Assembly: GCA_964057225.1 (NCBI GenBank)
Contig: OZ059896.1
Location: 19,406,001 to 19,470,000 of the forward strand
Direction: 5' to 3'
Source of the DNA: Auanema rhodensis
Taxonomy: Eukaryota > Animalia > Nematoda
DNA: 64,000 nucleotides
Shown here piece after piece: positions 1-13,338 of the stretch. The notes under the pieces were generated by a model. That model was not told the origin of the DNA and searched no databases. It was given only the letters and a program-made list of their open reading frames with translations. Both the position numbers and the translations under genes were made by a program. The stretch's first letter is position 1. Each line of letters starts with the position of its first letter.

Positions 1-3000
1 ATCGAGGATATAAGTGTGAACATATATCAGTTGATATATCGGTGCATTTTTAAGCTAGCGCAAATCTGATAACACAGATCGACGCAGCTTAAAATACCGC
101 ATCGAATGCACTATACTACATTGAGAAACGCTTAATACAAAAATTAGTTATGATCGTTTGAAAAATGATGCATTAGTGTATGTTGAGTTTCCATGTACAC
201 TCAACATTGCTTCCAAAAACATTTTGACAAAAATTTTTTCGAAAAATTTCAAAATAATTTAGCAAAAAGTAGATGTTTTTAGATTCCTTTTTTCAAGGCA
301 AAGACGATGGACAATGTTATTCAACGAAAAAATTAATTCTTCAGGGTGAAAATCGAGGATATAAGTGTGAACATATATCAGTTGATATATCGGTGCATTT
401 TTAAGCTAGCGCAAATCTGATAACACAGATCGACGCAGCTTAAAAATCCGCATCGAATGCACTATACTACATTGAGAAACGCTTAATACAAAAATTAGTT
501 ATGATCGTTTGAAAAATGATGCATTAGTGTATGTTGAGTTTCCATGTACACTCAACATTGCTTCCAAAAACATTTTGACAAAAATTTTTTCGAAAAATTT
601 CTAAATAATTTAGCAAAAAGTAGATATTTTTAGATTCCTTTTTTCAAGGCAAAGACGATGGACAATGTTATTAAACGAAAAAAATAATTCTTTAGGGTGA
701 AAATCGAGGATATAAGTGTGAACATATATCAGTTGATATCTCGGTGCATTTTTAAGCTAGCGCAAATCTGATAACACAGATCGACGCAGCTTAAAAATCC
801 GCATCGAATGCACTATACTACATTGAGAAACGCTTAATACAAAAATTAGTTATGATCGTTTGAAAAATGATGCATTAGTGTATGTTGAGTTTCCATGTAC
901 ACTCAACATTGCTTCCAAAAACATTTTGACAAAAATTTTTTCGAAAAATTTCAAAATAATTTAGCAAAAAGTAGATGTTTTTAGATTCCTTTTTTCAAGG
1001 CAAAGACGATGGACAATGTTATTCAACGAAAAAATTAATTCTTCAGGGTGAAAATCGAGGATATAAGTGTGAACTTATATCAGTTGATATCTCGGTGCAT
1101 TTTTAAGCTAGCGCAAATCTGATAACACAGATCGCCGCAGCTTAAAAATCCGCATCGAATGCACTTTACTACATTGAGAAACGCTTAATACAAAAATTAG
1201 TTATGATCGTTTGAAAAATGATGCATTAGTGTATGTTGAGTTTCCATGTACACTCAACATTGCTTCCAAAAACATTTTGACAAAAATTTTTTCGAAAAAT
1301 TTCAAAATAATTTAGCAAAAAGTAGATGTTTTTAGATTCCTTTTTTCAAGGCAAAGACGATGGACAATGTTATTCAACGAAAAAATTAATTCTTCAGGGT
1401 GAAAATCGAGGATATAAGTGTGAACTTATATCAGTTGATATCTCGGTGCATTTTTAAGCTAGCGCAAATTTGATAACACAGATCGACGCAGCTCAAAAAT
1501 CCGCATCGAATGCACTATACTACATTGAGAAACGCTTAATACAAAAATTAGTTATGATCGTTTGAAAAATGATGCATTAGTGTATGTTGAGTTTCCATGT
1601 ACACTCAACATTGCTTCCAAAAACATTTTGACAAAAATTTTTTCGAAAAATTTCAAAATAATTTAGCAAAAAGTAGATGTTTTTAGATTCCTTTTTTCAA
1701 GGCAAAGACGATGGACAATGTTATTCAACGAAAAAATTAATTCTTCAGGGTGAAAATCGAGGATATAAGTGTGAACATATATCAGTTGATATATCGGTGC
1801 ATTTTTAAGCTAGCGCAAATCTGATAACACAGATCGACGCAGCTTAAAATACCGCATCGAATGCACTATACTACATTGAGAAACGCTTAATACAAAAATT
1901 AGTTATGATCGTTTGAAAAATGATGCATTAGTGTATGTTGAGTTTCCATGTACACTCAACATTGCTTCCAAAAACATTTTGACAAAAATTTTTTCGAAAA
2001 ATTTCAAAATAATTTAGCAAAAAGTAGATGTTTTTAGATTCCTTTTTTCAAGGCAAAGACGATGGACAATGTTATTCAACGAAAAAATTAATTCTTCAGG
2101 GTGAAAATCGAGGATATAAGTGTGAACATATATCAGTTGATATATCGGTGCATTTTTAAGCTAGCGCAAATCTGATAACACAGATCGACGCAGCTTAAAA
2201 ATCCGCATCGAATGCACTATACTACATTGAGAAACGCTTAATACAAAAATTAGTTATGATCGTTTGAAAAATGATGCATTAGTGTATGTTGAGTTTCCAT
2301 GTACACTCAACATTGCTTCCAAAAACATTTTGACAAAAATTTTTTCGAAAAATTTCTAAATAATTTAGCAAAAAGTAGATATTTTTAGATTCCTTTTTTC
2401 AAGGCAAAGACGATGGACAATGTTATTAAACGAAAAAAATAATTCTTTAGGGTGAAAATCGAGGATATAAGTGTGAACATATATCAGTTGATATCTCGGT
2501 GCATTTTTAAGCTAGCGCAAATCTGATAACACAGATCGACGCAGCTTAAAAATCCGCATCGAATGCACTATACTACATTGAGAAACGCTTAATACAAAAA
2601 TTAGTTATGATCGTTTGAAAAATGATGCATTAGTGTATGTTGAGTTTCCATGTACACTCAACATTGCTTCCAAAAACATTTTGACAAAAATTTTTTCGAA
2701 AAATTTCAAAATAATTTAGCAAAAAGTAGATGTTTTTAGATTCCTTTTTTCAAGGCAAAGACGATGGACAATGTTATTCAACGAAAAAATTAATTCTTCA
2801 GGGTGAAAATCGAGGATATAAGTGTGAACTTATATCAGTTGATATCTCGGTGCATTTTTAAGCTAGCGCAAATCTGATAACACAGATCGCCGCAGCTTAA
2901 AAATCCGCATCGAATGCACTTTACTACATTGAGAAACGCTTAATACAAAAATTAGTTATGATCGTTTGAAAAATGATGCATTAGTGTATGTTGAGTTTCC

Positions 3001-3510
3001 ATGTACACTCAACATTGCTTCCAAAAACATTTTGACAAAAATTTTTTCGAAAAATTTCAAAATAATTTAGCAAAAAGTAGATGTTTTTAGATTCCTTTTT
3101 TCAAGGCAAAGACGATGGACAATGTTATTCAACGAAAAAATTAATTCTTCAGGGTGAAAATCGAGGATATAAGTGTGAACTTATATCAGTTGATATCTCG
3201 GTGCATTTTTAAGCTAGCGCAAATTTGATAACACAGATCGACGCAGCTCAAAAATCCGCATCGAATGCACTATACTACATTGAGAAACGCTTAATACAAA
3301 AATTAGTTATGATCGTTTGAAAAATGATGCATTAGTGTATGTTGAGTTTCCATGTACACTCAACATTGCTTCCAAAAACATTTTGACAAAAATTTTTTCG
3401 AAAAATTTCAAAATAATTTAGCAAAAAGTAGATGTTGTTAGATTCCTTTTTTCAAGGCAAAGACGATGGACAATGTTATTCAACGAAAAAATTAATTCTT
3501 CAGGGTGAAA
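1..3510 (+). repeat. 5-monomer HOR (1755 bp) x2
   Basis: M1-M5 match M6-M10. Private variants (G275A/C322A/T333A/C342T in M2 and M7; A82C/A113T in M4 and M9; T22A in M1-3 and M6-8) recur at 1755-bp spacing. The only difference seen is T278G in M10. Confidence 0.93.
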
Positions 3511-6500
3511 ATCGAGGATATAAGTGTGAACTTATATCAGTTGATATCTCGGTGCATTTCTAAGCTAGCACAAATCTGATAACACAGATCGACGCAGCTT
3601 AAAAATCCGCATCGAATGCACTATACTACATTGAGAAACGCTTAATACAAAAATTAGTTATGATCGTTTGAAAAATGATGCATTAGTGTATGTTGAGTTT
3701 CCATGTACATTCAACATTGCTTCCAAAAACATTTTGACAAAAATTTTTTCGAAAAATTTCAAAATAATTTAGCAAAAAGTAGATGTTTTTAGATTCCTTT
3801 TTTCAAGGCAAAGACGATGGACAATGTTATTCAACGAAAAAATTAATTCTTCAGGGTGAAAATCGAGGATATAAGTGTGAACTTATATCAGTTGATATAT
3901 CGGTGCATTTTTAAGCTAGCGCAAATCTGATAACACAGATCGACGCAGCTTAAAATACCGCATCGAATGCACTATACTACATTGAGAAACGCTTAATACA
4001 AAAATTAGTTATGATCGTTTGAAAAATGATGCATTAGTGTATGTTGAGTTTCCATGTACACTCAATATTGCTTCCAAAAACATTTTGACAAAAATTTTTT
4101 CGAAAAATTTCAAAATAATTTAGCAAAAAGTAGATGTTGTTAGATTCCTTTTTTCAAGGCAAAGACGATGGACAATGTTATTCAACGAAAAAATTAATTC
4201 TTCAGGGTGAAAATCGAGGATATAAGTGTGAACTTATATCAGTTGATATCTCGGTGCATTTCTAAGCTAGCACAAATCTGATAACACAGATCGACGCAGC
4301 TTAAAAATCCGCATCGAATGCACTATACTACATTGAGAAACGCTTAATACAAAAATTAGTTATGATCGTTTGAAAAATGATGCATTAGTGTATGTTGAGT
4401 TTCCATGTACATTCAACATTGCTTCCAAAAACATTTTGACAAAAATTTTTTCGAAAAATTTCAAAATAATTTAGCAAAAAGTAGATGTTTTTAGATTCCT
4501 TTTTTCAAGGCAAAGACGATGGACAATGTTATTCAACGAAAAAATTAATTCTTCAGGGTGAAAATCGAGGATATAAGTGTGAACTTATATCAGTTGATAT
4601 ATCGGTGCATTTTTAAGCTAGCGCAAATCTGATAACACAGATCGACGCAGCTTAAAATACCGCATCGAATGCACTATACTACATTGAGAAACGCTTAATA
4701 CAAAAATTAGTTATGATCGTTTGAAAAATGATGCATTAGTGTATGTTGAGTTTCCATGTACACTCAATATTGCTTCCAAAAACATTTTGACAAAAATTTT
4801 TTCGAAAAATTTCAAAATAATTTAGCAAAAAGTAGATGTTTTTAGATTCCTTTTTTCAAGGCAAAGACGATGGACAATGTTATTCAACGAAAAAATTAAT
4901 TCTTCAGGGTGAAAATCGAGGATATAAGTGTGAACTTATATCAGTTGATATCTCGGTGCATTTTTAAGCTAGCACAAATTTGATAACACAGATCGACGCA
5001 GCTCAAAAATCCGCATCGAATGCACTATACTACATTGAGAAACGCTTAATACAAAAATTAGTTATGATCGTTTGAAAAATGATGCATTAGTGTATGTTGA
5101 GTTTCCATGTACACTCAACATTGCTTCCAAAAACATTTTGACAAAAATTTTTTCGAAAAATTTCTAAATAATTTAGCAAAAAGTAGATGTTTTTAGATTC
5201 TTTTTTTCAAGGCAAAGACGATGGACAATGTTATTCAACGAAAAAATTAATTCTTCAGGGTGAAAATCGAGGATATAAGTGTGAACTTATATCAGTTGAT
5301 ATCTCGGTGCATTTCTAAGCTAGCACAAATCTGATAACACAGATCGACGCAGCTTAAAAATCCGCATCGAATGCACTATACTACATTGAGAAACGCTTAA
5401 TACAAAAATTAGTTATGATCGTTTGAAAAATGATGCATTAGTGTATGTTGAGTTTCCATGTACATTCAACATTGCTTCCAAAAACATTTTGACAAAAATT
5501 TTTTCGAAAAATTTCAAAATAATTTAGCAAAAAGTAGATGTTTTTAGATTCCTTTTTTCAAGGCAAAGACGATGGACAATGTTATTCAACGAAAAAATTA
5601 ATTCTTCAGGGTGAAAATCGAGGATATAAGTGTGAACTTATATCAGTTGATATATCGGTGCATTTTTAAGCTAGCGCAAATCTGATAACACAGATCGACG
5701 CAGCTTAAAATACCGCATCGAATGCACTATACTACATTGAGAAACGCTTAATACAAAAATTAGTTATGATCGTTTGAAAAATGATGCATTAGTGTATGTT
5801 GAGTTTCCATGTACACTCAATATTGCTTCCAAAAACATTTTGACAAAAATTTTTTCGAAAAATTTCAAAATAATTTAGCAAAAAGTAGATGTTTTTAGAT
5901 TCCTTTTTTCAAGGCAAAGACGATGGACAATGTTATTCAACGAAAAAATTAATTCTTCAGGGTGAAAATCGAGGATATAAGTGTGAACTTATATCAGTTG
6001 ATATCTCGGTGCATTTTTAAGCTAGCGCAAATTTGATAACACAGATCGACGCAGCTCAAAAATCCGCATCGAATGCACTATACTACATTGAGAAACGCTT
6101 AATACAAAAATTAGTTATGATCGTTTGAAAAATGATGCATTAGTGTATGTTGAGTTTCCATGTACACTCAACATTGCTTCCAAAAACATTTTGACAAAAA
6201 TTTTTTCGAAAAATTTCAAAATAATTTAGCAAAAAGTAGATGTTGTTAGATTCCTTTTTTCAAGGCAAAGACGATGGACAATGTTATTCAACGAAAAAAT
6301 TAATTCTTCAGGGTGAAAATCGAGGATATAAGTGTGAACTTATATCAGTTGATATCTCGGTGCATTTCTAAGCTAGCACAAATCTGATAACACAGATCGA
6401 CGCAGCTTAAAAATCCGCATCGAATGCACTATACTACATTGAGAAACGCTTAATACAAAAATTAGTTATGATCGTTTGAAAAATGATGCATTAGTGTATG

Positions 6501-7020
6501 TTGAGTTTCCATGTACATTCAACATTGCTTCCAAAAACATTTTGACAAAAATTTTTTCGAAAAATTTCAAAATAATTTAGCAAAAAGTAGATGTTTTTAG
6601 ATTCCTTTTTTCAAGGCAAAGACGATGGACAATGTTATTCAACGAAAAAATTAATTCTTCAGGGTGAAAATCGAGGATATAAGTGTGAACTTATATCAGT
6701 TGATATATCGGTGCATTTTTAAGCTAGCGCAAATCTGATAACACAGATCGACGCAGCTTAAAATACCGCATCGAATGCACTATACTACATTGAGAAACGC
6801 TTAATACAAAAATTAGTTATGATCGTTTGAAAAATGATGCATTAGTGTATGTTGAGTTTCCATGTACACTCAATATTGCTTCCAAAAACATTTTGACAAA
6901 AATTTTTTCGAAAAATTTCAAAATAATTTAGCAAAAAGTAGATGTTTTTAGATTCCTTTTTTCAAGGCAAAGACGATGGACAATGTTATTCAACGAAAAA
7001 ATTAATTCTTCAGGGTGAAA
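3160..7020 (+). repeat. Irregular 3-monomer HOR block
   Basis: Monomers with T50C+G60A+C200T (M11, 13, 16, 19) are always followed by a C205T monomer (M12, 14, 17, 20), and C66T+T90C monomers lie at M10, 15, 18. Confidence 0.85.
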
Positions 7021-8424
7021 ATCGAGGATATAAGTGTGAACTTATATCAGTTGATATATCGGTGCATTTTTAAGCTAGCGCAAATCTGATAACACAGATC
7101 GACGCAGCTTAAAATACCGCATCGAATGCACTATACTACATTGAGAAACGCTTAATACAAAAATTAGTTATGATCGTTTGAAAAATGATGCATTAGTGTA
7201 TGTTGAGTTTCCATGTACATTCAACATTGCTTCCAAAAACATTTTGACAAAAATTTTTTCGAAAAATTTCAAAATAATTTAGCAAAAAGTAGATGTTTTT
7301 AGATTCCTTTTTTCAAGGCAAAGACGATGGACAATGTTATTCAACGAAAAAATTAATTCTTCAGGGTGAAAATCGAGGATATAAGTGTGAACTTATATCA
7401 GTTGATATATCGGTGCATTTTTAAGCTAGCGCAAATCTGATAACACAGATCGACGCAGCTTAAAATACCGCATCGAATGCACTATACTACATTGAGAAAC
7501 GCTTAATACAAAAATTAGTTATGATCGTTTGAAAAATGATGCATTAGTGTATGTTGAGTTTCCATGTACACTCAACATTGCTTCCAAAAACATTTTGACA
7601 AAAATTTTTTCGAAAAATTTCAGAATAATTTAGCAAAAAGTAGATGTTTTTAGATTCCTTTTTTCAAGGCAAAGACGATGGACAATGTTATTCAACGAAA
7701 AAATTAATTCTTCAGGGTGAAAATCGAGGATATAAGTGTGAACTTATATCAGTTGATATCTCGGTGCATTTTTAAGCTAGCGCAAATCTGATAACACAGA
7801 TCGACGCAGCTTAAAAATCCGCATCGAATGCACTATACTACATTGAGAAACGCTTAATACAAAAATTAGTTATGATCGTTTGAAAAATGATGCATTAGTG
7901 TATGTTGAGTTTCCATGTACACTCAACATTGCTTCCAAAAACATTTTGACAAAAATTTTTTCGAAAAATTTCAAAATAATTTAGCAAAAAGTAGATGTTT
8001 TTAGATTCCTTTTTTCAAGGTAAAGACGATGGACAATGTTATTCAACGAAAAAATTAATTCTTCAGGGTGAAAATCGAGGATATAAGTGTGAACTTATAT
8101 CAGTTGATATATCGGTGCATTTTTAAGCTAGCGCAAATCTGATAACACAGATCGACGCAGCTTAAAATACCGCATCGAATGCACTATACTACATTGAGAA
8201 ACGCTTAATACAAAAATTAGTTATGATCGTTTGAAAAATGATGCATTAGTGTATGTTGAGTTTCCATGTACATTCAACATTGCTTCCAAAAACATTTTGA
8301 CAAAAATTTTTTCGAAAAATTTCAAAATAATTTAGCAAAAAGTAGATGTTTTTAGATTCCTTTTTTCAAGGCAAAGACGATGGACAATGTTATTCAACGA
8401 AAAAATTAATTCTTCAGGGTGAAA

Positions 8425-11400
8425 ATCGAGGATATAAGTGTGAACTTATATCAGTTGATATATCGGTGCATTTTTAAGCTAGCGCAAATCTGATAACACA
8501 GATCGACGCAGCTTAAAATACCGCATCGAATGCACTATACTACATTGAGAAACGCTTAATACAAAAATTAGTTATGATCGTTTGAAAAATGATGCATTAG
8601 TGTATGTTGAGTTTCCATGTACATTCAACATTGCTTCCAAAAACATTTTGACAAAAATTTTTTCGAAAAATTTCAGAATAATTTAGCAAAAAGTAGATGT
8701 TTTTAGATTCCTTTTTTCAAGGCAAAGACGATGGACAATGTTATTCAACGAAAAAATTAATTCTTCAGGGTGAAAATCGAGGATATAAGTGTGAACTTAT
8801 ATCAGTTGATATCTCGGTGCATTTTTAAGCTAGCGCAAATCTGATAACACAGATCGACGCAGCTTAAAAATCCGCATCGAATGCACTATACTACATTGAG
8901 AAACGCTTAATACAAAAATTAGTTATGATCGTTTGAAAAATGATGCATTAGTGCATGTTGAGTTTCCATGTACACTCAACATTGCTTCCAAAAACATTTT
9001 GACAAAAATTTTTTCGAAAAATTTCAAAATAATTTAGCAAAAAGTAGATGTTTTTGGATTCCTTTTTTCAAGGCAAAGAAGATGGACAATGTTATTCAAC
9101 GAAAAAATTAATTCTTCAGGGTGAAAATCGAGGATATAAGTGTGAACTTATATCAGTTGATATCTCGGTGCATTTTTAAGCTAGCGCAAATTTGATAACA
9201 CAGATCGACGCAGCTCAAAAATCCGCATCGAATGCACTATACTACATTGAGAAACGCTTAATACAAAAATTAGTTATGATCGTTTGAAAAATGATGCATT
9301 AGTGTATGTTGAGTTTCCATGTACACTCAACATTGCTTCCAAAAACATTTTGACAAAAATTTTTTCGAAAAATTTCAAAATAATTTAGCAAAAAGTAGAT
9401 GTTGTTAGATTCCTTTTTTCAAGGCAAAGACGATGGACAATGTTATTCAACGAAAAAATTAATTCTTCAGGGTGAAAATCGAGGATATAAGTGTGAACTT
9501 ATATCAGTTGATATATCGGTGCATTTTTAAGCTAGCGCAAATCTGATAACACAGATCGACGCAGCTTAAAATACCGCATCGAATGCACTATACTACATTG
9601 AGAAACGCTTAATACAAAAATTAGTTATGATCGTTTGAAAAATGATGCATTAGTGTATGTTGAGTTTCCATGTACATTCAACATTGCTTCCAAAAACATT
9701 TTGACAAAAATTTTTTCGAAAAATTTCAAAATAATTTAGCAAAAAGTAGATGTTTTTAGATTCCTTTTTTCAAGGCAAAGACGATGGACCATGTTATTCA
9801 ACGAAAAAATTAATTCTTCAGGGTGAAAATCGAGGATATAAGTGTGAACTTATATCAGTTGATATATCGGTGCATTTTTAAGCTAGCGCAAATCTGATAA
9901 CACAGATCGACGCAGCTTAAAATACCGCATCGAATGCACTATACTACATTGAGAAACGCTTAATACAAAAATTAGTTATGATCGTTTGAAAAATGATGCA
10001 TTAGTGTATGTTGAGTTTCCATGTACATTCAACATTGCTTCCAAAAACATTTTGACAAAAATTTTTTCGAAAAATTTCAAAATAATTTAGCAAAAAGTAG
10101 ATGTTTTTAGATTCCTTTTTTCAAGGCAAAGACGATGGACAATGTTATTCAACGAAAAAATTAATTCTTCAGGGTGAAAATCGAGGATATAAGTGTGAAC
10201 TTATATCAGTTGATATATCGGTGCATTTTTAAGCTAGCGCAAATCTGATAACACAGATCGACGCAGCTTAAAATACCGCATCGAATGCACTATACTACAT
10301 TGAGAAACGCTTAATACAAAAATTAGTTATGATCGTTTGAAAAATGATGCATTAGTGTATGTTGAGTTTCCATGTACATTCAACATTGCTTCCAAAAACA
10401 TTTTGACAAAAATTTTTTCGAAAAATTTCAAAATAATTTAGCAAAAAGTAGATGTTTTTGGATTCCTTTTTTCAAGGCAAAGACGATGGACAATGTTATT
10501 CAACGAAAAAATTAATTCTTCAGGGTGAAAATCGAGGATATAAGTGTGAACTTATATCAGTTGATATATCGGTGCATTTTTAAGCTAGCGCAAATCTGAT
10601 AACACAGATCGACGCAGCTTAAAATACCGCATCGAATGCACTATACTACATTGAGAAACGCTTAATACAAAAATTAGTTATGATCGTTTGAAAAATGATG
10701 CATTAGTGTATGTTGAGTTTCCATGTACACTCAACATTGCTTCCAAAAACATTTTGACAAAAATTTTTTCGAAAAATTTCAGAATAATTTAGCAAAAAGT
10801 AGATGTTTTTAGATTCCTTTTTTCAAGGCAAAGACGATGGACAATGTTATTCAACGAAAAAATTAATTCTTCAGGGTGAAAATCGAGGATATAAGTGTGA
10901 ACTTATATCAGTTGATATCTCGGTGCATTTTTAAGCTAGCGCAAATCTGATAACACAGATCGACGCAGCTTAAAAATCCGCATCGAATGCACTATACTAC
11001 ATTGAGAAACGCTTAATACAAAAATTAGTTATGATCGTTTGAAAAATGATGCATTAGTGCATGTTGAGTTTCCATGTACACTCAACATTGCTTCCAAAAA
11101 CATTTTGACAAAAATTTTTTCGAAAAATTTCAAAATAATTTAGCAAAAAGTAGATGTTTTTGGATTCCTTTTTTCAAGGCAAAGAAGATGGACAATGTTA
11201 TTCAACGAAAAAATTAATTCTTCAGGGTGAAAATCGAGGATATAAGTGTGAACTTATATCAGTTGATATCTCGGTGCATTTTTAAGCTAGCGCAAATTTG
11301 ATAACACAGATCGACGCAGCTCAAAAATCCGCATCGAATGCACTATACTACATTGAGAAACGCTTAATACAAAAATTAGTTATGATCGTTTGAAAAATGA

Positions 11401-13338
11401 TGCATTAGTGTATGTTGAGTTTCCATGTACACTCAACATTGCTTCCAAAAACATTTTGACAAAAATTTTTTCGAAAAATTTCAAAATAATTTAGCAAAAA
11501 GTAGATGTTGTTAGATTCCTTTTTTCAAGGCAAAGACGATGGACAATGTTATTCAACGAAAAAATTAATTCTTCAGGGTGAAAATCGAGGATATAAGTGT
11601 GAACTTATATCAGTTGATATATCGGTGCATTTTTAAGCTAGCGCAAATCTGATAACACAGATCGACGCAGCTTAAAATACCGCATCGAATGCACTATACT
11701 ACATTGAGAAACGCTTAATACAAAAATTAGTTATGATCGTTTGAAAAATGATGCATTAGTGTATGTTGAGTTTCCATGTACATTCAACATTGCTTCCAAA
11801 AACATTTTGACAAAAATTTTTTCGAAAAATTTCAAAATAATTTAGCAAAAAGTAGATGTTTTTAGATTCCTTTTTTCAAGGCAAAGACGATGGACCATGT
11901 TATTCAACGAAAAAATTAATTCTTCAGGGTGAAAATCGAGGATATAAGTGTGAACTTATATCAGTTGATATATCGGTGCATTTTTAAGCTAGCGCAAATC
12001 TGATAACACAGATCGACGCAGCTTAAAATACCGCATCGAATGCACTATACTACATTGAGAAACGCTTAATACAAAAATTAGTTATGATCGTTTGAAAAAT
12101 GATGCATTAGTGTATGTTGAGTTTCCATGTACATTCAACATTGCTTCCAAAAACATTTTGACAAAAATTTTTTCGAAAAATTTCAAAATAATTTAGCAAA
12201 AAGTAGATGTTTTTAGATTCCTTTTTTCAAGGCAAAGACGATGGACAATGTTATTCAACGAAAAAATTAATTCTTCAGGGTGAAAATCGAGGATATAAGT
12301 GTGAACTTATATCAGTTGATATATCGGTGCATTTTTAAGCTAGCGCAAATCTGATAACACAGATCGACGCAGCTTAAAATACCGCATCGAATGCACTATA
12401 CTACATTGAGAAACGCTTAATACAAAAATTAGTTATGATCGTTTGAAAAATGATGCATTAGTGTATGTTGAGTTTCCATGTACACTCAACATTGCTTCCA
12501 AAAACATTTTGACAAAAATTTTTTCGAAAAATTTCAGAATAATTTAGCAAAAAGTAGATGTTTTTAGATTCCTTTTTTCAAGGCAAAGACGATGGACAAT
12601 GTTATTCAACGAAAAAATTAATTCTTCAGGGTGAAAATCGAGGATATAAGTGTGAACTTATATCAGTTGATATCTCGGTGCATTTTTAAGCTAGCGCAAA
12701 TCTGATAACACAGATCGACGCAGCTTAAAAATCCGCATCGAATGCACTATACTACATTGAGAAACGCTTAATACAAAAATTAGTTATGATCGTTTGAAAA
12801 ATGATGCATTAGTGCATGTTGAGTTTCCATGTACACTCAACATTGCTTCCAAAAACATTTTGACAAAAATTTTTTCGAAAAATTTCAAAATAATTTAGCA
12901 AAAAGTAGATGTTTTTGGATTCCTTTTTTCAAGGCAAAGAAGATGGACAATGTTATTCAACGAAAAAATTAATTCTTCAGGGTGAAAATCGAGGATATAA
13001 GTGTGAACTTATATCAGTTGATATCTCGGTGCATTTTTAAGCTAGCGCAAATTTGATAACACAGATCGACGCAGCTCAAAAATCCGCATCGAATGCACTA
13101 TACTACATTGAGAAACGCTTAATACAAAAATTAGTTATGATCGTTTGAAAAATGATGCATTAGTGTATGTTGAGTTTCCATGTACACTCAACATTGCTTC
13201 CAAAAACATTTTGACAAAAATTTTTTCGAAAAATTTCAAAATAATTTAGCAAAAAGTAGATGTTGTTAGATTCCTTTTTTCAAGGCAAAGACGATGGACA
13301 ATGTTATTCAACGAAAAAATTAATTCTTCAGGGTGAAA
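8425..13338 (+). repeat. 5/6-monomer HOR block
   Basis: T179C+A281G+C305A monomers at M26, 32, 37, each followed by C66T+T90C+T278G; private A313C in M28 and M34. Confidence 0.85.

Noticed and set aside
62-130. Satellite-encoded hammerhead ribozyme (CTGATAA/TTGATAA ... GAAAC)
   Set aside because: The core deviates from CUGANGA in most copies, and I could not form stem II or stem III around any GAAA on either strand. An Infernal/Rfam search would settle it.
46-207. Compensatory covariation supporting a conserved RNA structure
   Set aside because: Some variants keep G-U pairs (C66T, C200T, C205T), but others break stems (T50C, T90C, C202A, T183C). The complementary pair A13T/T22A never co-occurs in one monomer.
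237-253. CENP-B box
   Set aside because: TTCGAAAAA matches only the 5' half of NTTCGNNNNANNCGGGN; the CGGG is absent.
215-293. Helically phased A-tracts causing strong curvature
   Set aside because: Tracts are dense but spaced about 9-14 bp apart with mixed A/T orientation, not a clean 10.5-bp phase. A curvature calculation would be needed.
1-351. Internal ~175-bp dimer structure of the monomer
   Set aside because: No convincing alignment between the halves by eye; only short AT-rich echoes such as ACAAAAATT at 137 and 227.
1-351. Tandem tRNA, 5S rRNA, snRNA or spliced-leader gene array
   Set aside because: I recognised no cloverleaf, Pol III A/B boxes or 5S/snRNA sequence. Not formally excluded without an Rfam search.
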